A DNA stretch of 32,000 nucleotides from Promethearchaeum syntrophicum (GTDB lineage Archaea > Asgardarchaeota > Lokiarchaeia > Sigyniarchaeales > Promethearchaeaceae), in assembly GCF_008000775.2 (NCBI RefSeq), contig NZ_CP042905.2, forward strand, positions 1,320,001 to 1,352,000. The letters run 5' to 3'. Below, piece by piece: positions 1 to 8,212 of the stretch. How positions within the stretch are numbered: position 1 is the first letter of the stretch; every line of letters begins with the position of its first letter. The position numbers and the translations under genes were made by a program. The notes under the pieces are model-generated. The model was not told the origin of the DNA and made no database searches. It was given only the letters and a program-made list of their open reading frames with translations.

Positions 1-105
1 AGAGTACGAAAGGCGGATTAGTTGAAGTAAAACGTCAATTTGAATAACAGAGACTCACATAAAAATATTTAAGTGTACACGATGTAATACCAATAGGGTT
101 AAATA

Positions 106-2223
106 ATGGCAAAAAAATCTCCCTCAGATTCTATTTCCATAGAATTACTAAATTATCCTCAATCTTTACTTCTAGGAAATCAAGATTATGAACTTTCATT
201 CTCAGTTAAGAATAATTCAGAATCTATTGAATCATATGCTTTTAATTTTACAAGCACCACGAGTGATATTTCGGTAGATAAATCATATATTAAAGGTGTT
301 TCATTTAACTCTGGAGAATCAAAAATAGTCCCTGTAAAAATTCGGCCCAAAATTGAAGGTTTAACTGAATTAAATGTTATTATCTATTACCAAAAAAAAA
401 TCGAATTTAAATCAATGGATTGGAAAATAAAGAAGAATGTTGAAAAATCCATTGTCAGTAAAATTATTGGAAAAACACAAGTTAATTTTGATGACCTTAA
501 GGGATATAAAAAGAAATTACCAAAATCTATATCACTTGGAGATATCCCATCATTATCAAAATCTAAAGCTAAGAAAGAATTAGATAAGATCAAATCAGTT
601 CCTTCAATCAAAGTTCACACAAGAGAAATTGAACGGAAAATAATAACCCAAGTCCCAAAAACTATTACCAAGCAAGTTCCTGAGAAAATTATTAAAAAAA
701 TACCCCGAGTTATTGAAGAAATTATCCCACAAGAACCATTAGTAAATGCGATTAACGGAAAGAAATTCGAAAGACCTCCTCTTAAAACAACTAAAACAGT
801 ATATGAATCTATTGAAGAGACGGTCATGAAAACGGTTACCGAAACAGTGTATGAAGAAAAGATTGAGACAAAAATAGATATTGTTGAAGATACAACTCTT
901 CCTTCCAAGAAGGGAGAAATAACATTGAAACAGAAAGATGAAACTTTATCACGTATTGCCAAAGGTGTTTTCAATCAAGATCCTCAATACGCATTTGCAA
1001 TTGTTAAAATGATTTCAGATCCGAATAAAAGATATACCAATATTTCTCAATTTGTTCCTCCCGGGATTCGACTTGATTCTAAAACTACTATTGAAGCTGT
1101 AATGGGATTAGATTTAGGACCACAAAAAGAAGCTCTGATTGAAATTATTGCCAACAGTCTCGCTGCAGAAAAACCTGATGAAGCGGCAATGATTGCTCTC
1201 AATATTGATAACATCGCAAAAAGAGATGAAATAATAACAAACATTATCTTTACTGCTGCTTATCTCAAACCCCAAATTGCATCAAATCTGATTTATCAAT
1301 TATCAAAAAAAGAGTTACAACATCAAATTTTATTTGAATTGGTTAAGGGTTGGGCACATAAAGATAAAAAAAGAGCAATTGAATCTCTGAAAAGTCTTAT
1401 TTCAAATATTCTTTCAGAATCGAATATTGAATTAATAAAAACTTGTATGATTTTTTTGGCTTATCTTACAGATCCCCAGTCGGTTTATGATTTAATTGAT
1501 GGATTTCGCTCGAAAGATGACAAATCTCTTTTAGTAGAACAATTGCAAGAATATTTAAAAGTTAAAGTTCAAACTAAGAAAATTAAATTAGAATCTCAAG
1601 AACTAAGTAAATTATATTTCACATTTACTGCGATATCAAAAAAAATTACCCCCGCGCTTAATTATCTAGTTGAACTAAAAGGAAATATTAGTTCGAATTT
1701 AATTGAGGGAAATATTTCATCCAATATAATTGTTATTTGCCCCTTTAAGTTTAATTTTCCTATATTTATGAATTTCCAAAGCTGCTACGTTGAATTATTA
1801 CAGGAAACTCAAAAAACTTTTGGTTTTCTTTTATTTCCCTCTAAAGAGAATTATAGTGAGGAAGAATTAAAGCACTTCCACAATATCTTAAATAATTTTA
1901 TTAAAAATCAAACTAACCAGCATCCTTCTCCATTTGTTATTATAAATCTTGATTTAATTCCGTATTTTTCAAAACCAACGATTTTCTTAGGCGACAATGG
2001 CGATCCACTTATAAAAGATATACATTCAAAGTTGAAGGGAAATTTTACTAACGAAATAAATTTAATGATTAATAATTCATTTTTTAGTCAAGGAAAATCC
2101 TTCATAGAACTCCAAAATATTTTAAAAGAACCAAATTTTCGAATATGCAATATTGTTTTAACTTATAACTTTCTAAATGATATTGGATTATTAAAAACAT
2201 TTTTTAAAGCGATATTATCATAA
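106..2223 (+). CDS. Hypothetical 705-aa protein: N-terminal beta-sandwich-like segment, K/E/T/I/P-rich quasi-repeat linker, helical-repeat middle, alpha/beta C-terminal part
   Basis: Long uninterrupted ORF; only short antisense ORFs compete. Residues ~10-95 alternate polar and hydrophobic like an Ig/CARDB-type sandwich (ELSFSVKN, KIVPVKIRPK, LNVIIYY). Residues ~170-265 are quasi-repeats (KIITQVPKTITKQVPEKIIKKIPRVIEEIIPQEP; TVYESIEETVMKTVTETVYEEKIETKIDIV). No TM segment, signal peptide or Walker motif seen. No family recognised. Confidence 0.7.
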   Translation: MAKKSPSDSISIELLNYPQSLLLGNQDYELSFSVKNNSESIESYAFNFTSTTSDISVDKSYIKGVSFNSGESKIVPVKIRPKIEGLTELNVIIYYQKKIEFKSMDWKIKKNVEKSIVSKIIGKTQVNFDDLKGYKKKLPKSISLGDIPSLSKSKAKKELDKIKSVPSIKVHTREIERKIITQVPKTITKQVPEKIIKKIPRVIEEIIPQEPLVNAINGKKFERPPLKTTKTVYESIEETVMKTVTETVYEEKIETKIDIVEDTTLPSKKGEITLKQKDETLSRIAKGVFNQDPQYAFAIVKMISDPNKRYTNISQFVPPGIRLDSKTTIEAVMGLDLGPQKEALIEIIANSLAAEKPDEAAMIALNIDNIAKRDEIITNIIFTAAYLKPQIASNLIYQLSKKELQHQILFELVKGWAHKDKKRAIESLKSLISNILSESNIELIKTCMIFLAYLTDPQSVYDLIDGFRSKDDKSLLVEQLQEYLKVKVQTKKIKLESQELSKLYFTFTAISKKITPALNYLVELKGNISSNLIEGNISSNIIVICPFKFNFPIFMNFQSCYVELLQETQKTFGFLLFPSKENYSEEELKHFHNILNNFIKNQTNQHPSPFVIINLDLIPYFSKPTIFLGDNGDPLIKDIHSKLKGNFTNEINLMINNSFFSQGKSFIELQNILKEPNFRICNIVLTYNFLNDIGLLKTFFKAILS

Positions 2224-2246
2224 CAGTAAAAAAAAAGGCATGTATT

Positions 2247-3878
2247 ATGGCTAGAAAAAAGAAAAAAAAAGAAAACGCCCTACCGAATACATTCGGTGTA
2301 TTTTCAGGGTCTAAATCAAAAAAAGGACAATCTAAACCATCATTCTCATCATCTGAAACCAATGTTGACTCAAGGGATTGGGTAGAGATTTTGAACGATC
2401 TACCTAATTGGCGATATTTACCCTTTTCGCATGGTATGGAAATGGAATTAGTAATTGCTCATACAAAAGATGGGACATACGTAGAGGGTGAATCGGTTAC
2501 CCATCTCTTAGGTGAGATGGTACGTGATGCAACTAAAATTTTCACACAATTAATCAATTATGAACGCGATGATTTTCCATATATGCCCGAATATATTCGT
2601 AACAAAATTCGAAAAATGCCGTATAACCGAACCGATATAGAAAAAGGTTTTTTATGCTGTATAGATTACCAAATTGAAAATACTTATGCAAATCAGATTG
2701 TACCCGTAGATATGTTCGGTCGTGATGGGAATGTTACAATGGCAACATTTATTTTGGAACTAGTAACTCCGCCATGTCAATATGCTGAAGAATTGGCGTA
2801 TTGGGCAGGAACTCTATTTAACGTAGCTAAAGCAACACTTCCTCGTGGATATTCCATTATGTCTACCGCAATGAACCCTACAATGAAAGAATATATTCGC
2901 GGGCTCTCACATTCAGATCATCACCATTGCGGTTCATTTAGTTCTGACCAAGAAAAAGTTCAATGTTATTCTATGGTTCGAAATTTTATACCTCATATCA
3001 TTGCTCTAAGCGTAAACAGTCCAATTTTAAATAATGAACCCACAGATACAATAAAATCGAAAATAATTGATGGAAAACCTCGTTATACTGCACCGAAATG
3101 CATAAGATCTATTAGATTACTTAATAATACAACAATGTTATCTGATTCAAATGATCCAAAGAAATATTTGCCTTATTTATCAGGGGTCAATGGTATAGAG
3201 GCAGATCAACAGTTATTATTATCAACAACTGGTTTTGCTTCACTGTATGATGCGCGTTTTCAAGATGTTTTTCCGTTTACAAAATACGGAACAATTGAAT
3301 TAAGAATCTGCGATGCTCAAATATCAATATGCCGTAGAATTGGACTAGCTATGTTAATAGAAACGATGTATTATAAAGCACGAAAATTACTCTCCGAAGG
3401 AAAATATGTTCCTGATGTGAGTTCGGAATCAATTTGTCTTAACCGGAAAATGGCAATTGACCGTGGACTTATTGGCTTATATAACACTCAAAACTTGGAT
3501 AGAAGTTATATTGATCAATACGATCCTTCCGGCTTCTTTTCCGAATGCTATATAGGACCTGTAGACAGACCACATAGGTTCAATTTTCAAGCCGTCGAGC
3601 AAATGTTTCGCTATTTCAAAGAAGAACTTATTGAACTCGGATATATGAATAGTCCATTCTTCAAACCTCTGTTACAATCAGTTTTTGGTGAGATTACTTA
3701 TGCATCTCCTCCAATGACAGAAGCTGAATATCAACTTTCACTTTATGATTGGAAAATAAAACAAGGACAAGAACCGAATATTTTTGAAGATATCAAATAT
3801 TTTACTATAACTTATAGCCAAGACCCGATCCAGCAGCCCTTAACCGGGACCTTAACTCTACCGGATTTTATGTTATAA
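2247..3878 (+). CDS. Carboxylate-amine ligase of the YbdK/GCS2 (glutamate-cysteine ligase family 2) type, enlarged (543 aa) with a Lys/Ser-rich N-terminal extension
   Basis: Family motifs in the expected order: GMEMELVI (G-x-E-x-E), FILELVTPP, HHHCG, PHIIALSVNSPIL (AL-S-x-N-SP), YDARF...GTIELRICDAQ (R...E-x-R-x-x-D). Starts 23 nt after the upstream ORF. Confidence 0.8.
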   Translation: MARKKKKKENALPNTFGVFSGSKSKKGQSKPSFSSSETNVDSRDWVEILNDLPNWRYLPFSHGMEMELVIAHTKDGTYVEGESVTHLLGEMVRDATKIFTQLINYERDDFPYMPEYIRNKIRKMPYNRTDIEKGFLCCIDYQIENTYANQIVPVDMFGRDGNVTMATFILELVTPPCQYAEELAYWAGTLFNVAKATLPRGYSIMSTAMNPTMKEYIRGLSHSDHHHCGSFSSDQEKVQCYSMVRNFIPHIIALSVNSPILNNEPTDTIKSKIIDGKPRYTAPKCIRSIRLLNNTTMLSDSNDPKKYLPYLSGVNGIEADQQLLLSTTGFASLYDARFQDVFPFTKYGTIELRICDAQISICRRIGLAMLIETMYYKARKLLSEGKYVPDVSSESICLNRKMAIDRGLIGLYNTQNLDRSYIDQYDPSGFFSECYIGPVDRPHRFNFQAVEQMFRYFKEELIELGYMNSPFFKPLLQSVFGEITYASPPMTEAEYQLSLYDWKIKQGQEPNIFEDIKYFTITYSQDPIQQPLTGTLTLPDFML

Positions 3879-3914
3879 CAACTAATAATCGAAAAACATT
3901 AGGAAACTAATAAA

Positions 3915-5492
3915 ATGCTAAAAATTACAACTGTAGCCAATGGAAAAACAAAGGAAACAAATATCATCGTAATTGATAGTCATTCGCATATGGGTAAAGA
4001 TGTGGATGGTCATGAGATGATGAATCCAATGCAAGCAGGTCAAGGGACATTCGATTTTTGGGGTAGAATTGAGCATCTAATTTTAAAGGACTGGGAAGAT
4101 GGAAAAGCTTCTCCAACTTATAGTACGGTTATCGAAAGAGTACCAACAAAGGTTTCTCTTGAATTCGTTCAAATGCCAGTACTAAAAAATCTTTTCAAAG
4201 AATTAGAATCTCGAAATAAAAGTGGGAATTATACTGAGTATTGGGAGCGAATAAAATATCAAAATCTGATTGATCAAGGAGTGGTTTTTCCTTTCCAAGA
4301 TGTTTTTCGCGATAAAAAACCAGAGGCACTATTTCGTGCTAGCAATACAAATGTTTCACGCCAAATCTCGAAATTTCCTGTGAGCTTACGATTGAGTGGG
4401 TATATTAGAGTACACCCTGATGAAAGAAAAAAAGCCCTTGATGAAATCGACTATTGGGCTAATGGTGTTAATAATATTAGAGGACTGAAGTTACATCCGC
4501 GCTCTGAAGGATGGTTGGACAAAATTGCTTCTCAAAACTCAATCAATAATGTAATTAAAGCCGCATCATATAATTGGCCCGTTATTTTTGATACACGAGG
4601 TCGACAAACCATATTAGATATTGGAGAATTAATCTCAAAAACTCGTGAAATTATTAAAAAGCAATTTCCCCACTTATTAAAAAATTTGAAAGTTATTATT
4701 GCCCATGCTGCAGCGGGAAACATTGATGATTTTGAAGTATATAATACAATTGCGCAACCCAACACATATATGGATATGTCACTTTGCCAAGGAAGGACAG
4801 TAGAACGTTTTTTTAAAGGATTTCGTGAGTGGTGTGAACAAAATGGTGTTCAGCAGCGAACAGGAAGGAAGTGGTCAGAATTTTGTTTATATGGTTCCGA
4901 TTATACCTATTTCCAAGAAATGCATGCTAAGGCTTTTTTTGATAATATAATGTATTCATCTTTTTTTGAAAATGGAGGAAAAATGCAAGATATAATTAAT
5001 ATCCTTGGTTTAAACCAGTTAAAATTATTCCCCGAATATGGAACCCAAGTAAAATTTACAAATAATATTACTCCAGTTTCAACATTTATTCAAAATTCAA
5101 AAATTCTTCCTCCTAATCATCCAAAGATGCCAAAAGAGCCTTTATCTGTTAAGCAAATGATGTTTAAAACTATAGCAAATTTACTCGATAATGGGGTTAT
5201 GGATATTAAACAACATTTATTGCAATTTAATGGCGATTGGAGTAGATTCCGCAATGAATCTTGTTTTGTGACAAAATCGAAAATTAATCCTGAAAAAGTA
5301 GTTCCACTAATATTAATGGATTTACATGAAAATGCAGGATTAATGAGTGCTGGAAACTTTGAATGGAAACAGATGGGGTTTAAATATTTTGATCCTGAGA
5401 TAAGACAAATGTTCCATGGCATGTTCAAAAACTCATTTCCTGCAACAAATGCAGAAGACGCTGCAACAATGCTAACAAATGCCTATAAATAG
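3915..5492 (+). CDS. Metal-dependent TIM-barrel amidohydrolase (Amidohydro_2/PF04909-like) with a ~150-aa C-terminal extension
   Basis: Metal-ligand motifs in order: VIDSHSHMG (HxH), GLKLHPR, IIAHAAAG, YGSDYTY (GSD-aromatic). Starts 36 nt after the ligase gene, with AGGAA upstream of the ATG. Confidence 0.7.
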   Translation: MLKITTVANGKTKETNIIVIDSHSHMGKDVDGHEMMNPMQAGQGTFDFWGRIEHLILKDWEDGKASPTYSTVIERVPTKVSLEFVQMPVLKNLFKELESRNKSGNYTEYWERIKYQNLIDQGVVFPFQDVFRDKKPEALFRASNTNVSRQISKFPVSLRLSGYIRVHPDERKKALDEIDYWANGVNNIRGLKLHPRSEGWLDKIASQNSINNVIKAASYNWPVIFDTRGRQTILDIGELISKTREIIKKQFPHLLKNLKVIIAHAAAGNIDDFEVYNTIAQPNTYMDMSLCQGRTVERFFKGFREWCEQNGVQQRTGRKWSEFCLYGSDYTYFQEMHAKAFFDNIMYSSFFENGGKMQDIINILGLNQLKLFPEYGTQVKFTNNITPVSTFIQNSKILPPNHPKMPKEPLSVKQMMFKTIANLLDNGVMDIKQHLLQFNGDWSRFRNESCFVTKSKINPEKVVPLILMDLHENAGLMSAGNFEWKQMGFKYFDPEIRQMFHGMFKNSFPATNAEDAATMLTNAYK

Positions 5493-5520
5493 ATAAATTA
5501 AAGAAAAAAGAAGTTTTTTT

Positions 5521-6222
5521 ATGATTTCCACTATTAGAAATTCACTCTTTGTTTCCATTTTGCAAGGAAAAAGTTCAAAGAAAAATCAAGGGGTTCTATT
5601 TTTTTCAACAATTTCTATTGCTGTTATTTTAATTATAATTTCGGCGATAAAATTCAATACTCCCAATTTTATGCTTAGAGAGAGTGTTAGTAGTCTTGGA
5701 ATTCAGTCGGAGAATCCAGAAGGATATTTTTTCTTCAGAATTGCATTCATTTGTTCAGGATTGCTTTTTATTCCTCATTTTATCTATATATATCGAATTT
5801 TACACCCTATTGCTTATCATACTTCAAGATCTGCTCTTGTTATTAGCATAATTTCATGCATAAGTATAATTGGTGTCGGAGTTTTTCCAGAAAATAATCC
5901 TATTCCTCATTATACTAACGCGATTATTGCTTTTATTGGATTTACGACGGTATTTTCTTGTTATCTTTATATTTTGATTAAAAAAATTATACAAAAAGAT
6001 ACTTGGCCAAAACCTTGGCAAATTTTGATTTTATATATTGTGTTTTATGGAGCTTTACTCGGATTTTTATTTGTATTTTTCTTGTTTGGGCTATATTTTT
6101 ACCAGAGAATTATATTTTTAAATTTTAGCTTACCACTTTGGGAATGGATATTGGTTATGGGTATATTCTATTGGATTATAGGTAGTTTTTTGATTATTCC
6201 CAACCAAGAAGAGAAGAATTAA
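5521..6222 (+). CDS. Polytopic membrane protein (possibly DUF998-like), paralog of 6224..7009
   Basis: About 6 hydrophobic helices. Shares SSLG..NP.G..FF...F....FIP..Y and a C-terminal LPLWEW motif with the convergent neighbour. Confidence 0.65.
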   Translation: MISTIRNSLFVSILQGKSSKKNQGVLFFSTISIAVILIIISAIKFNTPNFMLRESVSSLGIQSENPEGYFFFRIAFICSGLLFIPHFIYIYRILHPIAYHTSRSALVISIISCISIIGVGVFPENNPIPHYTNAIIAFIGFTTVFSCYLYILIKKIIQKDTWPKPWQILILYIVFYGALLGFLFVFFLFGLYFYQRIIFLNFSLPLWEWILVMGIFYWIIGSFLIIPNQEEKN

Positions 6223-6223
6223 T

Positions 6224-7009
6224 TTAATCTTCAGTCTTTGGAATTTTTTGAGGTAATCTTAGTGCCAAACCATATACAGTAATAAAAAATGAAATAACTA
6301 ACAACCATTCCCATAATGGAAAACTTAAAATTCCTAACCCCGGCCATTCCCCTCCCGCTCTAACACGTAATATTTGAGTAATTAAAGTTCCAATTCCAAT
6401 TATGGTGAATGGTAGAAAAATCGGAAAAACTGATAAATAGGCATATATCCCCTTTCGATTTCTGTGAAAAATAGACCAGTAATCAATGAAAAATAGAAAT
6501 CCATAAACAGACAAACCTAAAATAAAACCAAATATTCCAAATAAAGCCACAATATTATGTATTTTACCAAGAGATACATCATTGAAGAAGTCTGTTCCAT
6601 AAACATCAGGTAAGAATGCTGTTAAGAAAATACCTAAAATGCCAATCGCTAAAAATATAGTTCCAATCCAAGCACCTGCTTGTGAAATTTTAATAATTCT
6701 CTTATGTAAATAAATTGTTAAAGGTATAAAGGAAATGGAAACAAAAATAAACGATAAGCTAAAAAACACCCATCCGAAGGGATTTTTTTCATAATCTCCC
6801 AAATAAGAGATTGTATCTGTCATTATAGAGTAATTTAACTCATTGGGATAAATAATCCAAGATATGCCCAATAATGAAATTGTGATCAAAAATGTAATTA
6901 AAATATATTTTTTTAATTGTATTGTTTGAAAATTTCCCAAAAATATGGAAAAAATCCGTCTATCCTCCATCGAGTTATTAAGAAGTAAATTTAATATATT
7001 TTTTTGCAT
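6224..7009 (-). CDS. Polytopic membrane protein (possibly DUF998-like), paralog of 5521..6222
   Basis: About 7 hydrophobic helices. ISYLGDYEKNPFGWVFFSLSF...FIPLTIY and FPLWEWLLV match the neighbour. ATG start at 7009. Confidence 0.65.
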   Translation of the reverse strand: MQKNILNLLLNNSMEDRRIFSIFLGNFQTIQLKKYILITFLITISLLGISWIIYPNELNYSIMTDTISYLGDYEKNPFGWVFFSLSFIFVSISFIPLTIYLHKRIIKISQAGAWIGTIFLAIGILGIFLTAFLPDVYGTDFFNDVSLGKIHNIVALFGIFGFILGLSVYGFLFFIDYWSIFHRNRKGIYAYLSVFPIFLPFTIIGIGTLITQILRVRAGGEWPGLGILSFPLWEWLLVISFFITVYGLALRLPQKIPKTED

Positions 7010-7029
7010 TTATCCACTAGATTTTTGAA

Positions 7030-8181
7030 ATGAAAGGAATTTTTATATTAAGTTTTAATAAAAAACCTGGAAGTTATGTTGATAGAGAATACCCAAAGGG
7101 AATTTCAGACCAGTTGATTGATTCAGTTGATCAGAATAAAATTTACTCGTTTAATAGAATGAGGGATTCAAATCCCAATTACATTTACATGAAGATAAAA
7201 GGTGCGCACGTAGGTTCATTTTTCTCAGGAATTGACAATAATTTCATTGGATACCCGAATCAATGCTTATGTATTATATTGGACGATGAAAATCCAACCC
7301 TTTTTGAAGAACCTTTAAAAGAAATCGCAGAAGAACTCCTCCCAATGCTAGCCTATATCCGAGAAGACGAGGACGGAATTAGTGAAGGTTTATCAAATGA
7401 TCCGAAATATCAAGATTTCGATGAAATATTAGGTCAAAAATTTAAATTATTAATAGAAAAATTTGGAAAATCTGGGACAGTTATTTTATCACACCCTCCT
7501 AAATTAGAATCAAATATTAAAATTGATTCATCTTCGCAAAAAAATGAAGAATCTTATTCAGAGGAAATAGCGAAAAGATTCAATGAGTTAGAGACACGTT
7601 ATGAAAAAAAAATTGACAGTTTAAAGACTGATCTTTTGGATTGGAAGAATAAAGTTAGAGCATTAGCAGAAGAAAAGGTCTCTTTAACTCATGACCTTGA
7701 AGAAAAAGAAGATGGTTTGAAGGTTCAGAAGGATAAATCGCTTATTTGGAGAAAACAATTGGAAACTGCCAACGAAATAAATCATAAACTTAAAGACTCT
7801 GTGAATAATCTGATTGAAAAAGTTAAGAGTTTAGAAAATGAAATAGAAAATTCTGCTGATTCTAAGAAAGTTTTTGATTTACGGATTAATATTGCGGAAA
7901 TAAATGCTGAATTAGAAGTTTCTAGAGATAAAAATAAAAAATATGAACGGGAAATTAATTCGCTAAATGATGAAATTGCAGATCTAAAAAATAAACTTGA
8001 AATTTCCCAAACATTAAGAATTAATTCCAATATTACTACAGATCCTGAATTAGATTCTAAGTTGCATGAGATTTTAGAAGAAATGCAATCGTTAAAATCT
8101 AATTTGGTTGAAGCAAAAAAAACTATTAAAGTTCAGCGCAGAGAGATTGTAAATCTCCATAAGTTGTTGGATTTAAGTTAA
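7030..8181 (+). CDS. Coiled-coil protein with a compact N-terminal alpha/beta domain (longin/roadblock-like pattern, unproven)
   Basis: Residues 1-~110 read as beta-beta-alpha-beta-beta-beta-alpha (GIFILSF, SYVDREY, ISDQLIDSV, YIYMKIKG, HVGSFFSG, CLCIILDD, LFEEPLKEIAEELLPML). Residues ~175-383 are heptad-rich, E/K/L/N-dominated coiled coil. Confidence 0.7.
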   Translation: MKGIFILSFNKKPGSYVDREYPKGISDQLIDSVDQNKIYSFNRMRDSNPNYIYMKIKGAHVGSFFSGIDNNFIGYPNQCLCIILDDENPTLFEEPLKEIAEELLPMLAYIREDEDGISEGLSNDPKYQDFDEILGQKFKLLIEKFGKSGTVILSHPPKLESNIKIDSSSQKNEESYSEEIAKRFNELETRYEKKIDSLKTDLLDWKNKVRALAEEKVSLTHDLEEKEDGLKVQKDKSLIWRKQLETANEINHKLKDSVNNLIEKVKSLENEIENSADSKKVFDLRINIAEINAELEVSRDKNKKYEREINSLNDEIADLKNKLEISQTLRINSNITTDPELDSKLHEILEEMQSLKSNLVEAKKTIKVQRREIVNLHKLLDLS

Positions 8182-8212
8182 ATTTCTCATTAATCTCCTT
8201 ATTTTTTCCAAT

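Noticed and set aside
3-47. Open frame ending at TAA 45-47 (…GGLVEVKRQFE*), possibly the 3' end of an upstream plus-strand gene
   Set aside because: Only 14 codons are visible, so it is impossible to distinguish from noise.
387-1244. Three minus-strand ORFs (387-611, 615-974, 1047-1244) inside ORF1
   Set aside because: They lie antisense to a much longer ORF. The translations are hydrophobic and low-complexity (F/I/S/L-rich), typical of the reverse frame of A-rich coding DNA. No start context or family motif.
1681-1737. Short internal duplication in ORF1 (GNISSNLIE / GNISSNIIV)
   Set aside because: It is a single imperfect 27-nt duplication. It is likely a slippage relic with no evident functional implication, so I did not raise it to a finding.
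4532-5428. Minus-strand ORFs 4532-4765 and 5117-5428 inside the amidohydrolase gene
   Set aside because: Antisense shadows of a motif-supported CDS, with no recognisable features.
7782-8030. Minus-strand ORF within the coiled-coil gene
   Set aside because: It is the reverse complement of GAA/AAA-rich coiled-coil codons, giving an S/F/L-rich pseudo-protein. No independent support.
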